Below, in pieces: positions 17,818 to 27,328 of a DNA stretch of 53,900 nt. The translations under genes were made by a program, and so were the position numbers. The notes under the pieces are model-generated. The model was not told where the DNA came from, made no database searches, and saw only the letters and a program-made list of their open reading frames with translations. Position 1 is the stretch's first letter; each line of letters begins with the position of its first letter. This DNA comes from a virus (lineage: Duplodnaviria > Caudoviricetes): the IMG/VR virus record IMGVR_UViG_3300046167_000027, positions 1 to 53,900 of that record; one strand, written 5' to 3'.

Positions 17818-20090
17818 TGGGAGCTACATATACAAGACAGTCCTCGTACACAGATGGAGACGTAATAACTGCTGCTCATACCAATGATGAGTTTAATCAG
17901 ATATTAGCTGCCTTCGCTGCAGGAACAGGACACACACATGATGGCACAGCAGGTGAAGGTGGTCCTATTACTAGCCTACTAGGTAATACACTTAGCTTTG
18001 GTGATGGTTCAACAGATGCTGATATAGTCATTACATTTAATGGAAATGGTAATGATGGTGAACTAAAATGGATGGAAGACGAGGACTATTTTGAATTTAG
18101 TGATGACATACTTATTGCTTCTACAGAGAAGTTACAATTCAGAGACACAGCTATATACATCAATTCAAGTACGGATGGACAACTTGACATTGTCGCAGAC
18201 ACAGAAGTACAAATAGCTGCAACTACTGTTGACATAAATGGTGCAGTAGATATATCAGGCAACTTAACTGTAGGTGGCAGTGTTGTCATAGGTGGTAATA
18301 CTTTATCTTCTACAGAACTACTATATTTAGATGGTGTAACAGCAGGTACAGTAACAGCAAGTAAAGCACTTGTAGTTGATAGCAACAAAGATATATCAAG
18401 TCTACGTAACATTACATTGACAGGTGAGCTTGATGCAGGTTCATTGGATGTATCAGGTGATGCAGACATTGACGGTACATTAGAGACAGATGCCTTATCT
18501 ATAGATGGTACAGCCGTTAGTGCTACAGCAGCAGAACTTAACTACAATGACACAGGTGCATCTGTAGGTACAGTTGTTGCAAGTAAAACAGTTACAGTAG
18601 ATGCAAACAAAGATGTATCCTCATTTAGAAATATAACTCTATCAGGTGAATTAGATGCAGGGTCACTAGACGTTAGTGGTGATGCAGATATAGATGGTAC
18701 ATTAGAAGCTGATGCTATTACAGTTAATGGTACAGCATTAGCTACAGTGATAGCAGGAACAACAGTTACAACAGCAACAAATGCAAATCATGTTAGTGTT
18801 GCTGATAATGAGAATACAAATGAAGAAAACTTAATACCTTTCATAGAAGATGCTTCTGCAACAGGTAATGTTGGTTTAGAATCTGATGGTGACTTTGCCT
18901 ATAACCCAAGTACAGGTACAGTAAGTGCTACTATATTTAAAGGTAACATAGATGCTGTAGATGGTGACTTTGATGGAACACTAGAAGCAGATGCTATAAC
19001 AGTTGGTGGAGTAGCTTTATCTGAAGTTATATCTGATACAGCAGGAGCTATGTTCTCAGGTAATACTGAATCAGGTGTTACTGTTACATATCAAGATGGT
19101 GACAATACAATAGATGTTGAAATAGATGCAGCACAGACAGGCATTACATCTTTACTTGCAACAGATATAAAGATTGGTGAAGATGACGAAACAAAGATAG
19201 ACTTTGAAACAGTCAACGAGATACACTTCTATGCTGCTAATGCTGAACAAGTATATGTAGCTGATGGTATCTTTGGTCCTCAAACAGATAGTGATGTAGA
19301 CTTAGGTAGTGATTCTGTACGTTGGAAAGATGCTTATATAGATACCGTTACTACGACAGGTGCAGTGACTGTGGGTGGCGATTTAACAGTCAATGGTACT
19401 ACCACTACCGTGAACAGTACAACAATTACTGTAGATGACCCTGTGTTCACTCTAGGGGGTGATACTGCTCCGGGGTCTGATGACAACAAAGATAGAGGTA
19501 TTGAGTTTAGATACCACACAGGTTCTGCAGCTAAAGTAGGTTTCTTTGGATTTGATGACAGTGCAGGTAAGTTTACATTCATACCTGATGCAACTAATTC
19601 CTCAGAAGTATTCTCAGGTACAGCAGGTACAATAGTAGCTAACCTTGAAGGTGCAGTCACAGGTAACGTAACAGGTAACGTGAGTGGTACAGCTGCTACA
19701 GTTACAGGTGCTGCTCAATCTAACATAACATCATTAGGCACACTAACTACATTAACAGTTGATAATGTAATAGTTAATGGCACGACAATAGGTCACACAG
19801 ATGATACAGACCTAATTACACTAGCTGATGGTGTTGTCACAGTAGCAGGTGAAGTCTCTATGACTACACTTGATATAGGTGGTACTAATGTAGGTTCTAC
19901 TGCAGCAGAATTAAACTTACTAGATGGTTCAGCTAAATCAACATCATCTATTACAGTGGATGATGCAGATGCTTTCATAGTAATAGATGGAACAACTACA
20001 AAGCAGATACCTGCTTCTGACTTAAAAACATATGCCGCAGGAAGCTCGGCAAGTAAAGGCTTTGCTACAGCTATGGCAATAGCATTATAA
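17817..20090 (+). CDS. Long tail fibre protein
   Basis: G/T/D-rich 757 aa with internal repeats; C-terminal ATAMAIAL. Confidence 0.8.
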   Translation: MGATYTRQSSYTDGDVITAAHTNDEFNQILAAFAAGTGHTHDGTAGEGGPITSLLGNTLSFGDGSTDADIVITFNGNGNDGELKWMEDEDYFEFSDDILIASTEKLQFRDTAIYINSSTDGQLDIVADTEVQIAATTVDINGAVDISGNLTVGGSVVIGGNTLSSTELLYLDGVTAGTVTASKALVVDSNKDISSLRNITLTGELDAGSLDVSGDADIDGTLETDALSIDGTAVSATAAELNYNDTGASVGTVVASKTVTVDANKDVSSFRNITLSGELDAGSLDVSGDADIDGTLEADAITVNGTALATVIAGTTVTTATNANHVSVADNENTNEENLIPFIEDASATGNVGLESDGDFAYNPSTGTVSATIFKGNIDAVDGDFDGTLEADAITVGGVALSEVISDTAGAMFSGNTESGVTVTYQDGDNTIDVEIDAAQTGITSLLATDIKIGEDDETKIDFETVNEIHFYAANAEQVYVADGIFGPQTDSDVDLGSDSVRWKDAYIDTVTTTGAVTVGGDLTVNGTTTTVNSTTITVDDPVFTLGGDTAPGSDDNKDRGIEFRYHTGSAAKVGFFGFDDSAGKFTFIPDATNSSEVFSGTAGTIVANLEGAVTGNVTGNVSGTAATVTGAAQSNITSLGTLTTLTVDNVIVNGTTIGHTDDTDLITLADGVVTVAGEVSMTTLDIGGTNVGSTAAELNLLDGSAKSTSSITVDDADAFIVIDGTTTKQIPASDLKTYAAGSSASKGFATAMAIAL
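18342..18716 (+). repeat. Internal 222-nt (74-aa) duplication in the tail fibre
   Basis: GTVxASK...NKD.SS.RNITL.GELDAGSLDVSGDADIDGTLE.DA at ~18342 and ~18564; partial third copy ~18960. Confidence 0.85.
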
Positions 20091-20101
20091 TCAGATTTTA
20101 C

Positions 20102-20130
20102 TTGACAAATAAGGCAATACCGAGTATAAT
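20102..20130 (+). promoter_or_regulatory. Consensus sigma70 promoter at the start of the tail-fibre island
   Basis: TTGACA-N17-TATAAT in an intergenic gap. Confidence 0.75.
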
Positions 20131-20149
20131 TATATAAAAGGAAAAAGAA

Positions 20150-20485
20150 ATGGCACAAGACTTTGAAAGAACCCTTACAGCTAACATAGATACTGCTCTT
20201 GCAGATATAAGAGCTACATCAAATAGTGATGATGCAATAGTTGGTATAAGGATGGCTAACATACATACATCACAGATAACTGTAGACGTAGCTATTACTG
20301 ACAATAGTAATAACGTAACAGCTTACCTAATTAAATCTGCACCTATACCTGTTGGTGGTGCATTAGAGTTAATAGATGGTGGTTCAAAGATAATATTACA
20401 ATCAGGTGATAAACTAAGAGCAAAGTCAAGTGTAACAAATTCACTTGATGTTGTTGTCTCAGCAGTTGATACTATTAGTGAATAG
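20150..20485 (+). CDS. Small tail-associated protein
   Basis: LIKSAPIPVGGALEL...KIILQSGDKL; follows the fibre gene. Confidence 0.7.
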   Translation: MAQDFERTLTANIDTALADIRATSNSDDAIVGIRMANIHTSQITVDVAITDNSNNVTAYLIKSAPIPVGGALELIDGGSKIILQSGDKLRAKSSVTNSLDVVVSAVDTISE

Positions 20486-20493
20486 GAGATAGA

Positions 20494-20945
20494 ATGGCAT
20501 ACTTAGGAAATGTAGTACCTGCTAACTTCCAAGCACCACCTGCTGTCGTAAGATTTAATGGTGATGGTTCTGATACAACCTTTGCACTTGGAAGAACAAT
20601 AGGTTCAGTACAAGAAATACTTGTAAGTGTTGATGGTGTTGTCCAAGATAGTGCAGCTTATACTGTACCTGATGGCTCAACATTAACATTTAGTGCAGCA
20701 CCCTCAAGTGGTACAGGCAATATCTTTGTATACTTTCTTGAGTTATCAGCAGGAACAATTAACACCTACAGCAGAGTTCAAGGGTAACTTTAAAGGTGGT
20801 GGTTTGTTTAGAACTAATGCACAGACTTTAACTGCTGACACAACAATACTTAGCCACAGAAAATGCACAAGTTACTGGAACATTTACAGTAGATAGTGGT
20901 GTGACATTGACTGTCAATAGTGGTGGAAGGTTGGTGATATCGTGA
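20494..20945 (+). CDS. Tail-fibre adaptor protein, module A (apparent indels ~20760, ~20852)
   Basis: MAYLGN...FNGDGSDTTF...VDGVVQ... reconstructed to ...FRTNAQTLTADTTILATENAQVTGTFTVDSGVTLTVNSGGRLVIS*. Confidence 0.65.
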
Positions 20946-21487
20946 GTACAATTAAAGTAGATACAATTACGGATACAAGTGGCAACAGTATTCCTTACAT
21001 GAAGGGTGCTGTGTTGCAAGTTAAATACTTTCAATTAACAACTACACAAACGGAAACTATTTCATCTGCTAATACAGACCAAGCAATAAGTAATTTTACT
21101 GTTAACATAACCCCAAAAAGTTCATCGTCAATTATAAAACTTGAAGCACAACTGATGCACGAAACTGAAAATGAGTCATTTAATACTATGTTCTTCTTTT
21201 ACAGAGATAGTACAAAATTAGCTCATACAGAAAGTGCAGGAAGTAAAAGGGTTGGTATAGCTAATTCTACATTAAGCTACTACGATTCTGACAATTCATC
21301 TACTCCTGAGATGTTGTACATGGGGTATTTTGACACTCCAAGTAGTACGTCTGCAATAGCATATAAATTAGGTATTAACACAGAAGGAACTCATAATTTA
21401 TTTATTAACAGAACAATATCTGACGTAGATTCAACTGGTTATGAAAGAGGTGTTTCATTCATATCAGCCACAGAAATAGGAGGATAG
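20942..21487 (+). CDS. Tail fibre/tip protein A1
   Basis: MSTIKVDTI...GAVLQVK...ITPKSSSSIIK...ATEIGG. Confidence 0.75.
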   Translation: MSTIKVDTITDTSGNSIPYMKGAVLQVKYFQLTTTQTETISSANTDQAISNFTVNITPKSSSSIIKLEAQLMHETENESFNTMFFFYRDSTKLAHTESAGSKRVGIANSTLSYYDSDNSSTPEMLYMGYFDTPSSTSAIAYKLGINTEGTHNLFINRTISDVDSTGYERGVSFISATEIGG

Positions 21488-21488
21488 C

Positions 21489-21953
21489 ATGAGTACAGTA
21501 ATCCTAGACACAATCACAGGCAAGTCCACTGCAACAACCATAACCATTGGCTCAACACCTGTCGTTAGTGCAAGTGCAAACTCTATGACTATTAGAGGTG
21601 AGGGTTCAGCACAGACAAGTATACAGCAAGGTCTTATCAAATCGTGGGTAAATTTTGAACAAGAGGGCACACACGCATCAAGAGATAGTTTTAATATTTC
21701 AAGTTTAACTGATGGGGGTACTGGAGTAACAGTACCTATTAGCTTCACCAATAATATGAGTGATGCAAATTATTCTGGCTCTTTCTACACTAATGCTTAC
21801 GTTCAGGCTAACCTTGCTTACAACGGATTTAATAATATTTATGCAGGTGGTTTTGGAAGCAGGACAACAAGTGGACATGGTATTAATTCTTATGGCTCTG
21901 CAAATGCTGATGCTGATAATGTTCAAGTAGCATCTTGGGGAGATTTAGCATAA
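21489..21953 (+). CDS. Tail fibre/tip protein A2 (GDLA family)
   Basis: MSTVILDTI...KSWVNF...DSFNISSLTDGGTG...GDLA. Confidence 0.8.
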   Translation: MSTVILDTITGKSTATTITIGSTPVVSASANSMTIRGEGSAQTSIQQGLIKSWVNFEQEGTHASRDSFNISSLTDGGTGVTVPISFTNNMSDANYSGSFYTNAYVQANLAYNGFNNIYAGGFGSRTTSGHGINSYGSANADADNVQVASWGDLA

Positions 21954-22351
21954 TGGCAAACGGAACAATAGCATTTGATACATTATCAACAAGTGATTCA
22001 GTAAATACTGGTGTAACTAAATCTATAGACACAAGTTATATTTTTAATGGTGTAGCAAAATGTTGGGCAAACACAGAACAGGCATCCTCATATTCAACTC
22101 GTGACAGTTTTAATTTATCTTCCATAGCAGATGGTGGAACAGGTAAAACACAACTTACTTTTACTAATGCTTTTGGTAATGCAAACCATGCTTCAACTGC
22201 GATGGCAAGTAATCTAAATAATTTTGTGGGAAATGACATTGAAGCGGCTGCTCAAGCTACAACGACAGTTAATTTGTGTTCTGTTGATGGCTCAAACTCT
22301 TTAGAGGATGCTTCAGTTCTCACTAGTTCTACACACGGAGACTTAGCATGA
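21953..22351 (+). CDS. Tail fibre/tip protein A3 (GDLA family)
   Basis: MANGTIAFDTL...AKCW...DSFNLSSIADGGTG...GDLA. Confidence 0.8.
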   Translation: MANGTIAFDTLSTSDSVNTGVTKSIDTSYIFNGVAKCWANTEQASSYSTRDSFNLSSIADGGTGKTQLTFTNAFGNANHASTAMASNLNNFVGNDIEAAAQATTTVNLCSVDGSNSLEDASVLTSSTHGDLA

Positions 22352-22840
22352 CAATAGAAACACCAGAATTTCAAGGCACACATCTTTGGGATAGACTGTG
22401 TTGGGCAAAAGAAAAGCTAGAGCCACACAGAACAGAATACTGTGTTGTATGGGAAGACCCAGAGACACCTGATGAACCTGCAAAGGTTACACATCCTGAC
22501 CCTAATTGGATGGCTTGTGCATTGAAGGGTGGCATACTTCCACCTGTAGAAGCCTATTGGGAACTCAAGAAGGATGAGGAAAAGCCTGACTTTGTAAAGC
22601 ATACAAGAGGTTACTTGTTACATAACACTAAACCTATTGAAGCTATGACAGAAGAAAGAGCAATAGAATACCTTATTATGAAGGACCTTACCGAGACATG
22701 TATGGCAAGACTACGACAAAGCCAACAAACCTCGTATGCTCATTTGTACTAAGTCACAGTTACCAAGCACTAGAGTGTGGCGAAATGCTTGGAAGATTAA
22801 TGAAGACATAAACACCACGCATAATGAAGAAGCTGCTTAA
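22348..22840 (+). CDS. Conserved tail-associated protein (apparent indel ~22687)
   Basis: HPDPNWMACAL...MTEERAIEYLIMKD(LPRHVW...WRNAWKI...)*. Confidence 0.65.
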
Positions 22841-22851
22841 AGGAGAAACCA

Positions 22852-23223
22852 ATGGCAACAACTAACATCGTAGACAAAGATGGTAACAGTATATCTGCTT
22901 CAGATGCTACTGTTCCTTCAGACAGGCACTTCAGAGGTGCATGGTCATTATCAGGTACAACCATAACAGAAGATTTGGCTGTAGCTAAAACTATATTCAA
23001 GGATAAAGTAAGGGAAGCAAGAGGTCCTCTACTTGATGCTGAAGATGTAATCTATATGAAAGCATTAGAAGCTGATGATGCAGATGCAAAGACTGCAAGT
23101 GTAGCAAAGAAGAAAGCATTAAGAGATGCTCCTGCTGCAAGTGCAATATCAAGTGCAGACACTATAGCTAAACTTAAAGCTGCTTGGGATACAAGCACAT
23201 TAGGTGACAGTCCATACGCATAG
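22852..23223 (+). CDS. Putative tail fibre assembly chaperone
   Basis: PSDRHFRGAW...VREARGPLL...KKALRDAPA (Tfa-like ALRD motif). Confidence 0.65.
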   Translation: MATTNIVDKDGNSISASDATVPSDRHFRGAWSLSGTTITEDLAVAKTIFKDKVREARGPLLDAEDVIYMKALEADDADAKTASVAKKKALRDAPAASAISSADTIAKLKAAWDTSTLGDSPYA

Positions 23224-23232
23224 GAGTAGTTA

Positions 23233-24146
23233 ATGGCTTTAACAAAAGTAACAGGCGAGGGCGTAGGTACATTAACGTCTGATTTAACTATCCCTGATAA
23301 AATCATACATGATGGTGATACCAACACAGCTATAAGATTTCCTGCTGCTGATACAATAACATTTGAAACTGGTGGTAGTGAGAGAGCAAGGCTAACAAGT
23401 GATGGCAATCTGCTTATAAGACGCACAAATACAAACAGCAATAGTGGTGGACATTTTATTACAAATAACTACGCTTTTTTTGAGGATGACGGCACACCAT
23501 TATTCTTAAACAGGTTCAGTAGTGATGGTAGCATTATTGAATTTCGCAAAGATAATGGTGTCATAGGAAGTATTGGAACTGCTAATAGTGGTGACATTTA
23601 TATAGCTAATGATGATGTATCCTTGATGATGGCAGGGGGTTCAGATGCAGTTTTACCAAGAGGAACAGCAGGTGCTTTAAGGGATGCTGTTATAGATTTA
23701 GGAGTGTCTTCTAATAGATTTGATAACATATTTGCAGCTAATGATACAATTAACACTTCTGATAAAAATGAAAAACAAGACATAGAAGAACTTACAGATG
23801 CAGAAAAAAAGGTCGCTATAGTTTGTAAAGGATTAATGAGAAAATACAGATGGAAAAAAGCTGTAACTGAAAAAGGTGATAATGCAAGAACTCACTTTGG
23901 TATTATAGCACAAGAACTAGAAGATGCTTTTAAGGCAGAGGGTTTAGATGCAAGTAAGTATGCACTTTTTTGCTCAGATACTTGGTGGGAAGCAAATGAA
24001 AAATATACAGATGCTGATGGTAAAGAGCAAACAAGACTTATGGACTACCATTCAGAAAGAAGAAGCACCAGAAGAGTGCAACTAAAATAACAAGATTAGG
24101 TGTAAGGTACAGTGAATTACTAGCCTTTATCATATCGGCTATATAG
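23233..24146 (+). CDS. Tail fibre/spike with C-terminal intramolecular chaperone (peptidase S74); apparent indel ~24050-24075
   Basis: TSDKNEKQDI...HFGIIAQE; shifted frame gives LGVRYSELLAFIISAI*. Confidence 0.8.
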
Positions 24147-24155
24147 GGAGTAACA

Positions 24156-24614
24156 ATGGCATACATAGGCAAATCTCCTTCACAGGGAGTACGTAACAGA
24201 TTCCAATACCAAGCTACGGCAGGGCAAACATCCTTCAGTGGTTCTGATGCAAACTCATTGACACTTACCTACACAGATAGTTTGTACCTAGACGTATATC
24301 AGAATGGTATATTGCTTGTTCCGGGAGATGACTACACAGCAACTACAGGTACAACTGTGGTGCTTGTACAGGGTGCATCACTTAATGACATGGTTGAGAT
24401 GGTAGCCTATGATGTGTTCTCTGTTAACGAAACGTACACTAAGACTGAATCAGATAACAGATACCCATTCAAAGGTAACAACTCAATCATTAGATTAAAT
24501 GGACAGACAATCAGTGCAGACATTACAATAGACAGTGATGAGAATGGTGTATCAGGTGGTCCTATAACGCAAAGTGCAACAGTCACTGTTAATGGATATT
24601 GGAGTATAGTATGA
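24156..24614 (+). CDS. Tail-fibre adaptor protein, module B
   Basis: MAYIGKSP...ATAGQTSF...DVYQNGILL...; C-terminus homologous to the reconstructed 20494 gene. Confidence 0.8.
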   Translation: MAYIGKSPSQGVRNRFQYQATAGQTSFSGSDANSLTLTYTDSLYLDVYQNGILLVPGDDYTATTGTTVVLVQGASLNDMVEMVAYDVFSVNETYTKTESDNRYPFKGNNSIIRLNGQTISADITIDSDENGVSGGPITQSATVTVNGYWSIV

Positions 24615-25045
24615 GTTCACAATTAAATGTAGACACCATTGTAGATAAAGCAGGTAGTGGTGGGTCAAATGTTAAGATGGCTAATACCTCTACTTATGTA
24701 GGTGAGGGTGGTAGTGGCACACAGAATACTGTGCAAGGGTTGGCGAAGACTTGGCTCGTGCATAATGCAGCATCACTACAAAATAGTTTAAATGTTAGTA
24801 GTATTACTGATATCTCACAAGGCGAGCAGACAATATCTTTTTCAAATTCTATGGCAAATACAAATTATGTTATTGCTGGACTTTTAGGCAATAATAATAA
24901 CTCAGCGAGTAATACCATGAATTCTACACGACCTTATCAGTGGAATACTAGTAGCTTTAAAAGCATGAGTTTGTATAATAGTGGTGTGGGTGCAGTGACA
25001 GACTATGACCACACAGATAATATGGTGGTGGGAGATTTAGCATAA
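24611..25045 (+). CDS. Tail fibre/tip protein B1 (GDLA family)
   Basis: MSSQLNVDTI...QGLAKTW...SLNVSSITD...GDLA. Confidence 0.8.
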   Translation: MSSQLNVDTIVDKAGSGGSNVKMANTSTYVGEGGSGTQNTVQGLAKTWLVHNAASLQNSLNVSSITDISQGEQTISFSNSMANTNYVIAGLLGNNNNSASNTMNSTRPYQWNTSSFKSMSLYNSGVGAVTDYDHTDNMVVGDLA

Positions 25046-25431
25046 TGGCATCACAATTAAAAGTAGATACACTCACAGGTGTAACCACAGCAGGTAGCAT
25101 AGTAGTTACAGGTGAAGGCAATAGTACAACAACTAATCTGCAACAAGGGTTAGCTAAGGCTTTTTGTAGAGCATCTGATGCTGCATCTTTAACAAACACT
25201 TTCAATATAGCAAGTGGAACAGACAATGGTACAGGTAATTATACTTATACTTTTACAAACAATATGAGTACAAATAAATCAAGTGGTACTGCTGTTGCTA
25301 TTACTAATGGAGCTAGAATGTCTACTTATTCTAATGTTCAAACTTCAAGTTATGATACAGATACTCACAATGAATCAGGAACAGATACAGATGCAAGTAC
25401 TGCGACTAATACTTTCGGAGATTTAGCATAA
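25045..25431 (+). CDS. Tail fibre/tip protein B2 (GDLA family)
   Basis: MASQLKVDTL...QQGLAKAF...FNIASGTDNGTG...GDLA. Confidence 0.8.
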   Translation: MASQLKVDTLTGVTTAGSIVVTGEGNSTTTNLQQGLAKAFCRASDAASLTNTFNIASGTDNGTGNYTYTFTNNMSTNKSSGTAVAITNGARMSTYSNVQTSSYDTDTHNESGTDTDASTATNTFGDLA

Positions 25432-25844
25432 TGGCTAGTATATTAAGAGTAAACACATTAACAGATGCAAGTAGTAATAATTCAGTAGCATTAGAGACTG
25501 TGTCACAAGGTAGTGCAAAGGCTTGGGTTAACTTTAATGGAACTGGAACTGTAGCAATACAAGATTCATTCAATGTTAGTGGTCTTACAGATAATGGTAC
25601 AGGCGATTATACTGTTGTAATTGGTAATGATATGGCTAATGCTTCTTATTCTTATCTAGCAACAGCATCTAATTGGGAAACTGCTAGTACTGCCGATTCT
25701 TATATAGGTGTTTCTGGGTATCATGGTGGACAAGCAACTGCTTCACAAAGAATAGTAACTTATAGAGAAAGATATGACGTAAGTACACCTACAGTTAAAG
25801 ACCCATTGACTACCAACTTAGCAATACACGGAGATTTAGCATGA
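25431..25844 (+). CDS. Tail fibre/tip protein B3 (GDLA family)
   Basis: MASILRVNTL...AKAWVNF...DSFNVSGLTDNGTG...GDLA. Confidence 0.8.
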   Translation: MASILRVNTLTDASSNNSVALETVSQGSAKAWVNFNGTGTVAIQDSFNVSGLTDNGTGDYTVVIGNDMANASYSYLATASNWETASTADSYIGVSGYHGGQATASQRIVTYRERYDVSTPTVKDPLTTNLAIHGDLA

Positions 25845-26947
25845 CCAAAGCAGCAGAATTAGCAAAGATGGGTGAAGTCCTAACCAATAGTCAGATTGGT
25901 GGGCGAAGGAATATTGTCATCAATGGTGCAATGCAAGTGGCACAGAGGGGTACAAGTGAGACAGGCGTTACTTCAGGTCAATATGCAGATGCACCTGATA
26001 GATTTAAAGTTGAAATGTCAAGTGCAGGAACTTGGACAGTTTCACAATCAACCACTGCACCAAGTGGTTTTTCTAATTCATACAAGTTTGATTGCACAAC
26101 AGCAGATGCTTCATTAGGTGCAGGAGATTATTTACAGCTATCACATTATTTAGAAGGTCAAGATTTACAACATTTAAAAAAAGGTACATCAGATGCAGAA
26201 AAGGTGACTTTATCTTTTTATGTTAGGTCTAATAAAACTGGCACATATATTGTGGAGTTTTATGATGCAGATAATTCAAGGTCAATCTCTAAAAGTTATA
26301 CTATAAGTTCAGCAAACACTTTTGAGAAAAAGACTATTACTATAGATGGCGATACTAGTGGTGCATTTGGAAATGATAATGGTGGCAGTCTTGGTATTTT
26401 CTTTTATTTAGGTGCTGGGTCAAACTTTACAAGTGGTACTTTAAATACATCTTGGGGAAGTAGAACACTTGCTAATGTTGCAGTAGGACAAGTTAATCTA
26501 GCAGATAGCACAGACAATGAATGGTACATAACTGGAGTCCAAATGGAAATAGGCGAACAAGCCACACCATTTGAGCATAGGTCATTTGGGGAAGAACTAG
26601 CTTTGTGTCAAAGGTATTTTAGCAGCTCTTATGCTTATGGAACTGCTATAGGTTCAGAAACTGGTTCAAATGGAGAAGTCACTCCAATAGGGCATATGTC
26701 TATAGGTGGTTCGTATAATATTTTAGGGCAATGGATTCAACCTACTCCTATGAGGTCTTCACCAACTATTGTAATTTATAATCCTGTTACTGGAACTGTG
26801 GATAGTTTTAGAGGAGATGGTAGTAATTATAGTGGTGCTAAATTTTTAAATACTAATGAAAAAGGAACTACTTTTTATATCCATGCTACTACTGTAACTG
26901 CAACTGTTTTTGTAAGAATACATGCAACCTTTGATTCGGAGTTATAA
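25841..26947 (+). CDS. Tail/receptor-binding protein with carbohydrate-binding-like domain
   Basis: RRNIVINGAMQVAQRG...ITGVQMEIG..ATPFEHRS..EELALCQRYF. Confidence 0.75.
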   Translation: MTKAAELAKMGEVLTNSQIGGRRNIVINGAMQVAQRGTSETGVTSGQYADAPDRFKVEMSSAGTWTVSQSTTAPSGFSNSYKFDCTTADASLGAGDYLQLSHYLEGQDLQHLKKGTSDAEKVTLSFYVRSNKTGTYIVEFYDADNSRSISKSYTISSANTFEKKTITIDGDTSGAFGNDNGGSLGIFFYLGAGSNFTSGTLNTSWGSRTLANVAVGQVNLADSTDNEWYITGVQMEIGEQATPFEHRSFGEELALCQRYFSSSYAYGTAIGSETGSNGEVTPIGHMSIGGSYNILGQWIQPTPMRSSPTIVIYNPVTGTVDSFRGDGSNYSGAKFLNTNEKGTTFYIHATTVTATVFVRIHATFDSEL

Positions 26948-26948
26948 A

Positions 26949-27122
26949 ATGATAATTAAAAATCCACAATATTCTAAATACAAAAATGAAGGTGATAATA
27001 TTGCAATATTAGCCAATATAGATGGCATTAGTACACATATACCACTAGACCCTGACAACAGACACTACCAAGCAATCCAAGAATGGGTAGCTGAAGGCAA
27101 CACAATAGCTGATGCAGACTAG
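26949..27122 (+). CDS. Small tail-fibre partner/chaperone
   Basis: IPLDPDNRHYQAIQEWVAEGNTI. Confidence 0.7.
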   Translation: MIIKNPQYSKYKNEGDNIAILANIDGISTHIPLDPDNRHYQAIQEWVAEGNTIADAD

Positions 27123-27124
27123 GT

Positions 27125-27319
27125 ATGAAAATGAGTATGCAACCTGAACTAAAAGTACAACTAGAGCTTGATGCACACGAGAAAGAATGTGCTATCAGGT
27201 ATCAGATGGTCAATGATAAACTAGAAGGTTTAGACAAAAGAATGTGGCGAATAGAAGCTATGTCTATGGTGGGAACTTTAGGTATTGTAGCTTTGGTTGT
27301 CGCAATAGTAATGAAGTAG
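27125..27319 (+). CDS. Small coiled-coil protein with C-terminal TM
   Basis: HEKECAIRY...LDKRMWRIE plus a hydrophobic tail. Confidence 0.7.
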   Translation: MKMSMQPELKVQLELDAHEKECAIRYQMVNDKLEGLDKRMWRIEAMSMVGTLGIVALVVAIVMK

Positions 27320-27328
27320 GATTAGAGT

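Larger units (their letters stand above)
21939..25844 (+). repeat. Five copies of gene-junction motif GGAGAYTTAGCAT(AATG/GA)
   Basis: Copies start at 21939, 22337, 25031, 25417, 25830. Confidence 0.9.

Noticed and set aside
20494-27122. Diversity-generating retroelement or invertible shufflon in the tail island
   Set aside because: No reverse transcriptase, no TR/VR pair differing at adenines, all cassettes co-oriented, and no adjacent invertase
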